Of a stretch of DNA of 42,570 bases, positions 1 to 11,291 are shown one piece after another. The first letter of the stretch is position 1. Each line of letters opens with the position of its first letter. The stretch is from Octopus bimaculoides (lineage: Eukaryota), in assembly GCF_001194135.2 (NCBI RefSeq), contig NC_068990.1, forward strand, positions 52,833,769 to 52,876,338. The letters are read 5' to 3'. The notes below the pieces were generated by a model. That model had not been told where the DNA came from. It made no database searches and worked only from the letters and a program-made list of their open reading frames with translations. A program made the translations under genes and the position numbers.

Positions 1-1
1 T

Positions 2-535
2 AGTGGGGGAGGGTGCACTGAAAGTGTAGCTGGTAGAATAAGAATAGCCTGGGCAAAGTTCAGAGAGCTCTTACCTCTGCTGGTGACAAAGGGCCTCTCA
101 CTCAGAGTAAAAGGCAGATTGTATGACGCATGTGTACGAAGAGCCATGCTACATGGCAGTGAAACATGGGCCGTGACTGCTGAGGACATGTGTAAGCTCG
201 CAAGTAATGAAGCCAGCATGCTCCAATGGATGTGTAATGTCAGCTTGTATACTCGACAGAGTGTAAGTACCTTGAGAGAAAAGTTGGACCTAAGAAGCAT
301 CAGATGTGGTGTGCAAGAGAGACGACTGCGCTGGTATGGACATGTGGTGAGAATGGATGAGAATAGCTGTGTAAAAAAGTTCCACACCCTAGCGGTTGAG
401 GGAACCTGTGGAAGAGGTAGGCCCAGGAAGACCTGGGATGAGGCAATGACTAGTGACCGAGACTTTCGGAAATATGCTGAGAAGACCCAGCAAGCCGAGT
501 GTGACCATAACACATGGCCTATGCCAGGGGTGTAA
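2..535 (+). pseudogene. C-terminal fragment of RTE LINE ORF2 (reverse transcriptase polyprotein)
   Basis: Motifs LHGSETW, RLRWYGHVVRM and GRGRPRKTW; ORF track 83..535 extends upstream in frame to base 2. Confidence 0.85.
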
Positions 536-638
536 CCAGCCCACTTACGTGTACCTTTCTTTTAATTGCTTGCAAAGACCTGTTGAGGCAAGTGATATCG
601 AAATCAAATCAAATTCACAAATTCGATGATTGGCACCT

Positions 639-925
639 GTGCCAGTGGAGCGCTAAGACCACCATCCGAGCGTGATCGCTGTCGGAACAGCTGACAGGCT
701 TCCGTGCTGGTGGCATGTAAAAAGCACCATTCGAACGTGTTCGTTACCAGTGTCGCATTACTGGCACTTGTGTTGGAGGCATGTGAAAAAACATTCGAGC
801 AAGGTTGTCGCTAGTGCTGCTGGACTGGCCCTTGTGCTGGTGGCACATAAAAAAATACCACTTGAGCGTGGCCATTGACAGTACCGTGTGACTGGCCCTC
901 ATGCCGGTGGCATGTAAAAGCACCC
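639..925 (+). repeat. Five degenerate ~65-bp tandem units in the RTE 3' UTR, core GTGCCGGTGGCACGTAAAAAGCACC
   Basis: Cores start at 639, 704, 770, 834 and 901 (spacing 65, 66, 64, 67). Confidence 0.85.
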
Positions 926-1086
926 ACTACGTTCTTGAAGTGGTTGGCGTTAGGAAGGGCATTCAGCTGTAGAAACTTTGCCAGATCAGATTGGAGCCTG
1001 GTGCAGTCATCTGGTTTGCCAGTCCTCAGTCAAATTGTCCAACCCATGGTAAGGGGATGTTAAACGATAATGATGAAGATGATATG

Positions 1087-1089
<3 letters not shown>

Positions 1090-1162
<73 letters not shown>
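1090..1162. repeat. (TA)n microsatellite directly 3' of the RTE tail
   Basis: Seen directly. Confidence 0.98.
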
Positions 1163-1164
<2 letters not shown>

Positions 1165-2212
1165 TATATCACTCTTTCTCTGTATATCTCTCCCTCCATA
1201 CTCCTCTTCACATCTTTTCCTTTCAATTTCCACCTCTCTCATCCTATCTTTCTATTTTTCTCATCTTCGTCGTGTTTTTTTTTCCCCCATTTATCCAGTA
1301 TCTTGGTCTTGTTCTGTGAGATATCTTTGTCTCTTAGAAATATTTCTTGTAATCTAGTACTTACATACTGAAATTAATCTTTCAACCACACTATTTTGGT
1401 CTTCTTACACAAGTTTGTCTGCTGATCAACTTAGTGATTCAGCTGAGACAAGGACTGTTATATACTCTGTGATTTTATTTATATTAATCTGCTATTCCAC
1501 ATTTCAATATATTCCAGAATATTTGTTACAATTTCTCCAAGAGAAAGAAATGTCTATTTTATGGAAGAATTACTAATTTTATAAATTTCTATAGATTCCT
1601 TTGTAATGAGAAATGATTCCAAGATGTTTGTGGGAGTTATGAGTAGTTAATTGTCATACATTAAGATTTTGCTACATTTCTCACTGAATTGCTTTGTATG
1701 ATTGTAACCTTTTGAAAAAAGCCAAGGAAGTTATTTTATTTATATCTTCTAATTTGTATTATTCCTGTAAACAATATGATTTACTGTATATAATTTCAGC
1801 AATGTCTTGCTTCAGGTTTCACATACTTCTGTTATTATTTCTGCTTTTCTAAAGCCATTGATGTATTTATTTTGCCACAAATTCATTTTATAAATAAAAA
1901 TAATTGATAGGGGGAGAGAGGAAAATATTTATTTACACTCCTTTCTCTATAGGAGCAAAACCTCAGGTTTATACAGAGGTAAATTAACTTGAGTTTGTGT
2001 AACATTCTTGCATTTCCCAAGAGTATTTAGTGAAATAAAGAATCAATGAAATCTCAGTTGCAAACTTATTTTATTGATAACTTTCTTGTGCACCATTTCA
2101 AAATAGTCATATAGTAAATTTTGTGGCAAATATTCTACATTTGAAAGTTTTCCGTTGTTTTTACTTTTTCATTCTGTTTTAGTTGTCAGTTACAACATAC
2201 TGTTATATATAT

Positions 2213-2388
2213 GGCGCAAGAGTGGCTGTGTGGTAAGTAGCTTGCTTACCAACTATATGGTTCCGGGTTCATTCCCACTGCGTGGCACCTTGGGCAAGTG
2301 TCTTCTACTATAGCCTCGGGCCGACCAAAGCCTTGTGAGTGGATTTGGTAGACGGAAACTGAAAGAAGCCTGTCATATATATGTATAT

Positions 2389-2420
<32 letters not shown>

Positions 2421-2532
2421 TTGTGTGTCTGTGTTTGTCCCCCCAACATCGCTTGACAACCGATGGTGGTATGTTTACGTCCCCATAACTTAGCGGTTCA
2501 GCAAAAGAAACTGATAGAATAAGTACTAGGCT
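2213..2532 (+). mobile_element. tRNA-derived SINE (octopus-type, CORE-like central domain), cut by gap
   Basis: Head ggcgcaagagtggctgtgtggtaag (A-box-like) and ggttccgggttcattccc (B-box-like); core ggcaccttgggcaagtgtcttct; homologous copies at 5706, 9595, 23436 and 41385. Confidence 0.85.
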
Positions 2533-2956
2533 NNNNNNNNNNNNNNNNNNNNNNNNNNNNNNNNNNNNNNNNNNNNNNNNNNNNNNNNNNNNNNNNNNNN
2601 NNNNNNNNNNNNNNNNNNNNNNNNNNNNNNNNNNNNNNNNNNNNNNNNNNNNNNNNNNNNNNNNNNNNNNNNNNNNNNNNNNNNNNNNNNNNNNNNNNNN
2701 NNNNNNNNNNNNNNNNNNNNNNNNNNNNNNNNNNNNNNNNNNNNNNNNNNNNNNNNNNNNNNNNNNNNNNNNNNNNNTATATATATATATATATATCCAA
2801 GTAAGTTAGGGGTTGTGAATCCAACCCACTAAGGGATAATATCTATCCAATATACTGCCAGAAGAATACCCAATTATTATTACACTAGTGTTTTTTTCTT
2901 TGTTTTACCAAGTGCAATTAATGGGTGGGGGTAAAAAGATATTTTACCATTAATTT

Positions 2957-3372
2957 ATATAGCAATAAGAAAATGGAAGGGAATAAGTGGTATTCATCAA
3001 CTTGCAGGCATTGTATTGTGTCAATTTACCTGTTTACTTGTTTAAATTAACATTATGAACTTTATAGAATCTCTGAAGAGGCCTAGAGAATCATCCATGT
3101 ACCTCTATTTCTTCTATTAATTAATTCAGCCTACTGGAGTTATATAGATAGAATGAGGCATGTCACCTCTAGACTGAAACACCTGAAACTCATAATCCCA
3201 TTTTCTGTCACTAGATGTCTTTTTTAATTACTGATATGACATAATATGTCACATGTGTTTGTATATTGTTATTATTGTCCTCTTAGTAAACAAATAAGCA
3301 GGTAAATTGACACAATACAATGCCTGCAAGTTGATGAATACCACCTATTCCCCTCCATTTTCTTATTGTTGT
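2957..3372 (+). mobile_element. Short non-autonomous PLE-like element with ~85-bp inverted terminal duplication and an internal hammerhead relic
   Basis: 2960-3044 is the reverse complement of 3287-3372 with few mismatches (shared caggtaaattgacacaatacaatgcctgcaagttgatgaataccac); TA-rich flanks; CTGAAGA...GAAAC core inside. Confidence 0.65.
3073..3196 (+). ncRNA. Degenerate type I hammerhead ribozyme relic
   Basis: CTGAAGA 3073-3079; stem II GGCCTAGAG 3080-3088 / CTCTAGACT 3167-3175 (8 of 9 pairs) closing a long hairpin; GAAAC 3176-3180; loop ACCT. The triplet is GAA rather than NUH and stem I is discontinuous, so it is probably inactive. Confidence 0.5.
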
Positions 3373-3658
3373 ATATATATATATATATAAAATACACTGC
3401 TTTATTTTGAGATTGCTAGTGTTAACAATACTCACAAATAAAATACACACTGGAGTTGTAGTGCTCCAAGTGCAATAATTGGTTAGTCTGGGTTGAACTT
3501 AGCACATGCCTTTACCATAGTCTTCTGATTATATGCTAATTAGGTAATATTAGATAACTATAAATGTTGGTAAGCGCAATGTCTTAATTTTTTCGGGTGG
3601 CTGGTATGTAATTGTATAATTGTATTTCCGTATTTGTTTTTTCTGTATTGTGTGAAAA

Positions 3659-3740
3659 CATCCTGATGAGAGGAGTGTCAGTTGTAAAAATATGAAATAT
3701 ATCATATTACTTGGCACGTCTCTGAAACAGCTCGTAGATG
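3659..3740 (+). ncRNA. Minimal type I hammerhead ribozyme, PLE/retrozyme type
   Basis: Stem I CATC 3659-3662 / GATG 3737-3740; CTGATGA 3663-3669; stem II GAGGAGTGTCA 3670-3680 / TGGCACGTCTC 3712-3722 (one mismatch, one extra T at 3723); GAAAC 3724-3728; loop AGCTC; GTA triplet 3734-3736. Confidence 0.75.
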
Positions 3741-4037
3741 GAATTTTAAAATTTTTGTATTATTTTCGTGGTATTTTAGTATTTCCTTTTAATGTTGTAT
3801 CATCTCAAATTTTTATTACACCAATGTATTTTAACTTTTAAATCTAAAATTCACTGTGTTTTATGTATCACATCGATATTTATCTATTTATATGTATTTT
3901 TATATTTATATATTTGGAATTTTTATATCCGTTTTATAAATGTAGAAGAATATATGTATATATTTGATTTTGAGTGTGGTTATTAGTTATGTTCTTCTAG
4001 TTTCAGCTTGCATTGCCTCCATTGAGATTATTAAGCA

Positions 4038-4083
<46 letters not shown>

Positions 4084-4394
4084 GCACACACATATTGTTA
4101 TGCTGTACAAATATATCCTGACATAGTTTTTTTATTTGTTTAATCCATCTACCAAATTTCCCCCCATGACATTGTGAGGAAATTTGGTAGAAAAAAGAAA
4201 CTGAAAGAAACACTGTGCATGCATGTGTGTATGTGTTTGTGTATGTAATTTTTGTATATGTTTATTGGCTGTTGCTGACTTACAGCCACAACCAGTAACA
4301 TTTGTTGACATTTCCTATCAGCAAATCATCCATTAACTTAGTTCTTTTGAATTTCTCTGGAATAAAATCTTCCTTACCTGTAAAACAGATAAAG

Positions 4395-4492
4395 ATTGAT
4401 GACAAGAAGAGCATCTGGTCATAGAAATCCTGCCTGAAATACTACCCTCTCCCATCTAACCCTTGCTAGTGTTGGAAAACAAATGAATGATA
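4395..4492 (+). mobile_element. Old degenerate RTE-like/SINE 3' tail fragment
   Basis: gatgacaagaagagcatctggtcatagaaatcctgcc..ccatctaacccttgctagtgttggaaaa..atgaatgat resembles the RTE tail seen elsewhere in the window. Confidence 0.4.
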
Positions 4493-5705
4493 AAATTACA
4501 TTAAATTTTATATAGTGTCATATATAGGATAGCTTTCACAAATGATAGTCATTGCAAGAGAGAACAAAAGTTTGTTCCTGTTTATATTCTGAAAGGTTTT
4601 AATGCTGCAATGACTGTGTTTTACATTAGATAATTTAATTGATAGAAAAGTGTGTTGGTGCCGAACAGACAGGGTTTTGGACATTTAGCTTAAAAATTAT
4701 GAGTTTGTGACTCTTCTCAGGCCCATACACTCTACAGTGTATGGGTCAGGTACTGATTGTTTCTGTGTGAGAGAGAGAGACTAATCAGAAACTGGTAATT
4801 TTGTGGCTCACAATGCTGGCACCCCAATCCTCTCACACAAAAGAGAAAGGTAATAAACAAAATTAGTTTACATCTGAAATTTGTGTGAACTGTAAAGCTA
4901 CAAGATGAGAATACTCAGCAAAATATTTAGTAAAATGTTCCATAATTTTGTAAGCAAAATTAGCCAAGCAGGTTAGCTGCAGGCATCGACAAGCACGTAC
5001 TCACATGCATGTACACATGTACATGCGTGGACACACACATGAATGGATACATACACATGCATGCGCACACACACACACATTAATAGATACATGCACACAC
5101 ACATGGATAGATACATGTATACACCTTGTTATCAATGCTAGTTTATTGTATATTTTTTGTGTGTATATTTTTAACTGTGTGTATATTTCTTAGATCTTTA
5201 ACAATTTTAAAAGGAGACAGTCCTCAAAGACTTTCAATTTGAGTTTATATTTGTTCTAAACATCTCTGTGTAACATTTAATTCCAAATCCCAAAACAAAC
5301 AAACCAACCATATTTCCACTTTATTTTTTATTTTTATTTAAAACTTTTTCCTCTGCTGAATAGCATTTTTGAATATATTTTTAATTATTATTATTGTTAT
5401 TTTTATGAAATATAAGTTTAGGATTTTGTTCCAATGCACACATCTTTTTCCTCTTTGTTCATATGCTAAATAGTAAAACATTAAGGTTATAAACAGTTGT
5501 ATTATGTGATAACAAACCAGGTTGTTTGTTCAAGTAAGCTACTCATAGAATTAGTTTCTGTATTCTACATACTTGTGAAAGCCTCCTTTCACTAATTTTT
5601 TTATTATAATTATTTTTCTCCATTGGAAGTAAGTGCGTCAAGTGACTATCAGATTAAGGTACTTCATGTCTGCAGTCAAATCTTGATTTAAACTTAACTG
5701 TAGTT

Positions 5706-5932
5706 ATCTTTTTACAAGTTTCAGTCTTTTGACTGTGACCTTGCTGGAGCACCACTTGAAGAGTTTAGTTGAACAAATTGATTTCAATACTTATTTTATT
5801 TCAAAGCCTGGTACTTATTCTATCAATCTCTATTACTAAACTGGTATGTTATGGGGACATAAACAAGCCAATACTGGATGTCAGATAGTGGTGGGACATG
5901 TGCATGTGCACACACACGTGTATGTGTGTATG

Positions 5933-5978
<46 letters not shown>

Positions 5979-6232
5979 GTGTAGCCATCTGGTTTCACCA
6001 GTCCTCAGTCAAATCGTCCAACCCATGCTAGCATGGAAAGCGGACGTTAAACAACGATGATGACGATGATGATGATATATATATATATATATATGTCTTC
6101 TTTCAATTTCCATCTACCAAATCCACCCACAAGGCTGTGGTTGGCTCAGGGCTATAGTTGAAGACACTTGCCCTAGGTGTTGCACAGTGAAAGTCCACAT
6201 GACTGAGAAGCAAACATCTGACCAGCTACCAC
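5706..6232 (-). mobile_element. tRNA-derived SINE (same family as 2213), interrupted by an RTE tail
   Basis: Reverse-complement homology to the 2213/23436 copies on both sides of its internal TG/TA tract. Confidence 0.75.
5977..6074 (+). mobile_element. 5'-truncated RTE 3' tail inserted in the (TA)n tract of a SINE
   Basis: ggtgtagccatctggtttcaccagtcctcagtcaaatcgtccaacccatgctagcatggaaagcggacgttaaac followed by (GAT)n; (TA)n on both sides. Confidence 0.9.
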
Positions 6233-6891
6233 CAAAGTTTTGCTTTAATAAGTTTCTTTGAAACAGAATATCCAAATTCACTTTCATTTTAACTTAAATT
6301 CTATCATTTTTATAGTTTTGCTAGAAAAAAGCTTAGTTATTAGATACCATTCTGTAGCAATAGATTGATTGTAACTTAAATATGTTTTTAATTTGGTTAT
6401 AGTTAACTTCACTATTTTCTACCCATGACATATGCTTTGAAATAATAAATAATGATAAAATAAACAAAGATCATATGTTAAATTACCCCAGTAATTTTTG
6501 TTGATAATGTCTAGTCATTGGAAATATGTTTTTATGGCTTTAAAATATCAGCATTTGAGCTGTTCCATATTGTGAATAGGAATTAGAATTAAGTATCTCT
6601 GCAGTTGTTAGAGTTAAGAATCAGTTGAAAAATCCTACATAAAAATAACTGAGTTGTTTTTTAACAATAGGTAGTAAGCTGATGAAAATATATTACCAGC
6701 TGATGAGGAACTTGTTTAGTTTTCACTGCTCATCATTCAAGTTTTGCTGGTGTTGGTGTAAGTTTCAATGTAAATATTGTTAACCTCTTTCTTATTGCTG
6801 TTTCTAAATAAGGGTGTATCATCTTGCTTGTCAACATTTTCATCACAACTAAGAGATGAAAAGTTGAAATTTAAAAAAAATGGCTACTAGT

Positions 6892-6894
<3 letters not shown>

Positions 6895-6949
<55 letters not shown>

Positions 6950-7494
6950 NNNNNNNNNNNNNNNNNNNNNNNNNNNNNNNNNNNNNNNNNNNNNNNNNNN
7001 NNNNNNNNNNNNNNNNNNNNNNNNNNNNNNNNNNNNNNNNNNNNNNNNNNNNNNNNNNNNNNNNNNNNNNNNNNNNNNNNNNNNNNNNNNNNNNNNNNNN
7101 NNNNNNNNNNNNNNNNNNNNNNNNNNNNNNNNNNNNNNNNNNNNNNNNNNNNNNNNNNNNNNNNNNNNNNNNNNNNNNNNNNNNNNNNNNNNNNNNNNNN
7201 NNNNNNNNNNNNNNNNNNNNNNNNNNNNNNNNNNNNNNNNNNNNNNNNNNNNNNNNNNNNNNNNNNNNNNNNNNNNNNNNNNNNNNNNNNNNNNNNNNNN
7301 NNNNNNNNNNNNNNNNNNNNNNNNNNNNNNNNNNNNNNNNNNNNNNNNNNNNNNNNNNNNNNNNNNNNNNNNNNNNNNNNNNNNNNNNNNNNNNNNNNNN
7401 NNNNNNNNNNNNNNNNNNNNNNNNNNNNNNNNNNNNNNNNNNNNNNNNNNNNNNNNNNNNNNNNNNNNNNNNNNNNNNNNNNNNNNNNNNNNNN

Positions 7495-7545
<51 letters not shown>
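6895..7545. repeat. (GA)n and (CT)n tracts flanking an assembly gap
   Basis: (GA)n 6895-6949, N 6950-7494, (CT)n 7495-7545. Confidence 0.95.
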
Positions 7546-7548
<3 letters not shown>

Positions 7549-8600
7549 CGAAGTAAACTTTTTGAAGTATTTTAGTTTGTATTTGTATTTTGTAAATTTA
7601 AATCTGAATAAATAACTTCTTGTATATTAAAAGTTACAACATCTTTAGTGTTGATGTCCAATACTGATATTTTTAGTATTGCATGCTTTGTTCTTGTTAT
7701 TGCTGCTATGGTAGGTGTTGTAATATTGCAGAAAGTTATTGGCAAATGAAATCTGAGGCTTGTCTTGAATTCCTATTTGGATCCACTCTGAACTGAATGT
7801 GACAATTTTGTATCTCTGTTCCCCCAAAATCTGAATTCATATCAATGTCACCATTCCTTAGCATTGTCAAATTCTATCACCAGAGATTTAGCTTTTGGGA
7901 TTTTTATGCACCAGATTCCTTGCAATACTAACTCCTTCCAGGCTTGATTGCTTATGACTGAATTTAGGTTTTGTAGGGTAAAAACAAGATAATTTTCTCT
8001 GAACAATAAACAGATACCATATTGTCTTTGACAGCTATTTATATTTATAAAATGGTTCTTTTTATTTTGGTATCAGTGTATCTCAATGCAATTCCTATTT
8101 AATTCAAGATAGTTTCTCATGAATATAAAAAAGATATTGCTAAATGTAATAAAAACCTTTATCTGTTGCAGACTTCTTCAATTGGATTTAAGGATGTGAG
8201 TGGAGAGTTAGATTTTCTGTGCATGATCAAGATTTTATTCTAAAGATCTACTAATGCATATGCTATTGACTCTCTGTTTAACGAATCAATTAAGTAACTT
8301 CTGTTCATAGCTCCAAAGAACTGAGCTATAATTATGTGTTGGCTAACAAACATGTTAACAGGGTTGCGTTTTCTCAAACAATTCTACAACATGTTCTTGG
8401 AATAGCAAATAACTAGTTTTAGACAATATCTAACAGACAACTGCATGTTTCATTTATATAACATTGAATTCTGTTAGTCAGAATGGTACCTAAGTAGTCT
8501 AACTAAAGGCATACAACCAATTGTCTCTTAAGAATCATTGATATTGAGTGATAAAATTATCTTTGTTGTGGGCATGTATATATTGTTGTTTTCATAGTTA

Positions 8601-8641
<41 letters not shown>

Positions 8642-8942
8642 TGATTTAAAATAAACTGTATTTTGGATATTCCAGCTGCTTTTCTGTCCTCTTTGAACTA
8701 TATAAAAAGCAAAAGAGATTAAGATTATTTATGCGAGTGTCTCTAAACTCATCAAGAACAAGGACTATATATATAAATATTTAGTAGGTGTTTGTGTTTT
8801 TAAGATATATTTTGTTTTTAAAGACTCCTTTTAGTTTTCAAGTCTAGTAACAGAACTGACAATAGAGCTTATATCCTGGCCAAACCTACACAACTCTTCA
8901 TTAGCACCATCAGCTATGAAACATGGCAATTTCACAGTAATG

Positions 8943-9335
8943 CTGGTATGGCTGTGTATTTAAGACCATTTAGTTTCAGTTTCAATCTCACTGTGCAACA
9001 CTTTGGACAAGTGTCTTCCAGTATAGTGCTAGCTGACCAATGTCATGAGAGTAAATTTGGTACATGGAAATTGAAAGAAGCTCATCATATATGTGTGTAT
9101 GACCTTGTATTCCCTTTGTCTTGTATTGCTCCTTTACAGCTACCACAAAATAACAAGTTATATCATTCATTTCCAATCTATGTAAACATATCCAGCCATG
9201 GTGAAATATTACCTTGTTTGGAAAGAGGTTAGGGTTGGCAACAGGAAGATGATCCAGTTGTAGAAAATTTGGCTTCAATAAATTCTGTCTGACTCATGCA
9301 TGTATGGAAACGTAGACAGGAAAACGATGTTGATG
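8943..9335 (+). mobile_element. Degenerate SINE with CORE-like head and RTE-like 3' tail
   Basis: The 5' part resembles the 2213 SINE (ggacaagtgtcttcc..ttggtacatggaaattgaaagaagc); the 3' part ggttggcaacaggaagatgatccagttgtagaaa..catgcatgtatggaaa..acgatgttgatg resembles the RTE tail. Confidence 0.65.
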
Positions 9336-9594
9336 CTTACAACTCAATAAATTTTCCTTGTGGTTCCCTAATTATAGCAAGATGACCGGGCTTTTGAAAA
9401 TGTCACAGCAACCCAGTCCTGTAACATGGTATAACTAAAGAGACCCCCACCTCATCCAGTTGGTTGTTTGATCTTCTATCCACTTGGTTACCTGTTGCCA
9501 CTGTTAATTTAAACTGATATATTTTACTACTTATCATTATTATCAATTTAGAATTGAGACAAATGGCAGAGCATCAGACTAATTCCTTATTTTT

Positions 9595-9794
9595 TACTCT
9601 TTTACTTGTTTCAGTCATTTGACTGCAGCCATGCTGGAGCACCGCCTTTAGTCAAACAAATCGACTCCAGGACTTATTCTTTGTAAGACAAGTACTTATT
9701 CTATCAGTCTCTTTTGCTGAAACACTAAGTTCTGGATATGTAAACACACCAACATCAGTTAAGTGATGGTAGGGGGACAAACATAGGCACACAA

Positions 9795-9835
<41 letters not shown>

Positions 9836-9998
9836 NNNNNNNNNNNNCACGATGGGCTTCTTTCAGTTTCCGTCTACCAAATCCACTCACAAAGCTTTGG
9901 TCAGCCTGAGGCTATAGTAGAAGACACTTACCCAAGGTGCCATGCAGTGGGACTGAATCCGGAACCATGTGGTTGGGAAGCTTACCACACTTGCGCCT
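9595..9998 (-). mobile_element. Near full-length tRNA-derived SINE (2213 family)
   Basis: Tail tactcttttac, body gactgcagccatgctggagcaccgcc, head ..gggactgaatccggaaccatgtgg..gcgcc in reverse orientation. Confidence 0.9.
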
Positions 9999-10072
9999 AA
10001 TATTTAATTTGTCTCACTGTACTTTGAATTTAGACTTTTCTTGAATCCATTTTGCCTTTTATTCAGTGAGGT

Positions 10073-10092
10073 CAATAATAATAATAATAATG

Positions 10093-10128
<36 letters not shown>
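10073..10128. repeat. (TAA)n microsatellite
   Basis: Seen directly. Confidence 0.95.
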
Positions 10129-10130
<2 letters not shown>

Positions 10131-10545
10131 GCATTAATTTGCCGGAGTAAATTATTTAACATGTTGACAAATAAGATTTAAAAAAACCCCAAAATGTTAC
10201 AATAAAATATTTCCTACATTTATTTTCTCTCTGTTTACTTTAGGATGTGAAGCTATGAATTTATTTTTATACATTGGATTAATTAAAAATATATTTACTT
10301 CTGTTGTTAGGCATCTTTTCATTAACATTATTACATGCGTGTGTGTTTTATATTTGAAAGATTGATATCATTAAATTGAATATTGTTTTAGTTTCCAGTT
10401 GATTAGCATGATTTATTTTGTTGTCATAGAAACCTAACAAGACTTTTTATTTTGCCAAGTCAAATATTTTCTATCTGTTTGTCTTTTCTTTCTTCATGGA
10501 GTATATAGTAGTTTATTTTATATGATTTTTGGTACTTTTCCTATG

Positions 10546-10705
10546 TCATCATCATCACCATCATCATTTAGCATCCATTAACCATGCTGGCATGGGTTGG
10601 ACGGTTTGACCATGGCTGGTGGTAAGCTAAGGGGCTGCACCAGACTCTAGTCTGATTTGGCAAGGTTTCTATGGCTTGATGCCCTTTCTAATGCCAACCA
10701 CTCCA
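10546..10705 (-). mobile_element. RTE 3' tail fragment
   Basis: (CAT)n then ccatgctggcatgggttggacgg..ctgcaccagactctagtctgatttggcaaggtttct..tgccctttctaatgccaaccactcc, the reverse complement of the tail at 15240-15380. Confidence 0.85.
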
Positions 10706-11250
10706 AGACTAATAGATACAGCGTATCTCTAATTTAAACATCAAGTTGTTCAGTTGTTTTGAATGCAGGTAGATATGAGGATCTTAAAAATACAGCTATA
10801 AAATATCACTGAAGATGAAATAGGGATTACGTTTTGTTTCACTAGAAGATTTAACACAAAGATTTGGTATTTTTAAAGCATGCAATTGAAGCATTACTAA
10901 AGTGAAATGAATGGCAGAATCATTAAGGCTGATGTTGGCAAATTGGAGAAATCCTCAAATTAGAACATTTTATATTGATCATAACTTTTACATTATTAAT
11001 ATAAGCTCTCTCTTTTATTTCTATTATTTTTCTTCATCCTTCTCAGGATTTCAACTTGTCACCTTAAATTTTATGCTTCTGAATTCTTCAAAAGCCCAAC
11101 TTCTCATGTGTAGCTCATTAACGATGACACCAAAATAGAAAGTCATTTTAAACTTTCCTGATATCAACCTTTTGTTCTTCACTCCATCTGTAACTTAGGA
11201 AATCAAGTGTTGTTACCCACAACCAATACAATGATTATAAAAATTGCATT

Positions 11251-11290
<40 letters not shown>

Positions 11291-11291
<1 letters not shown>

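Larger units (their letters stand above)
2..1085 (+). mobile_element. RTE-clade LINE, 3' portion (RT C-terminus, 3' UTR with tandem repeats, (GAT)n-like tail); continues off the left edge
   Basis: Frame open from 2 to 535: RIRIAWAKFRELLPLL..RLYDACVRRAMLHGSETW..RRLRWYGHVVRM..GRGRPRKTW, typical post-RT region of RTE LINEs. The 3' UTR matches other copies at 14905, 33729, 5977, 10546 and 42360 and ends in gttaaacgataatgatgaagatgat. Confidence 0.9.

Noticed and set aside
639-925. Repeat-spacer pattern as a CRISPR-like array
   Set aside because: The units are degenerate tandem duplications with related spacers inside a eukaryotic LINE UTR, and no cas genes are present.
991-1371. ORFs with YIYIYI, CVCVCV, RERERE or HTHTHT runs here and throughout the window
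   Set aside because: They are translations of microsatellites.
2213-2290. SINE heads as tRNA genes
   Set aside because: A/B-box-like motifs are present, but there is no complete cloverleaf and each continues into a SINE body.
2908-3475. ccaagtgcaa at ~2908 and ~3466 suggesting a ~570-bp retrozyme tandem unit with two hammerheads
   Set aside because: Similarity does not extend beyond ~10-15 bp and the two hammerheads have unrelated helices; they are more likely different families.
6676-6740. Two CTGATGA boxes as hammerhead or C/D snoRNA
   Set aside because: No GAAAC-N-GUH partner; only a simple tgatgag/ctcatca hairpin.
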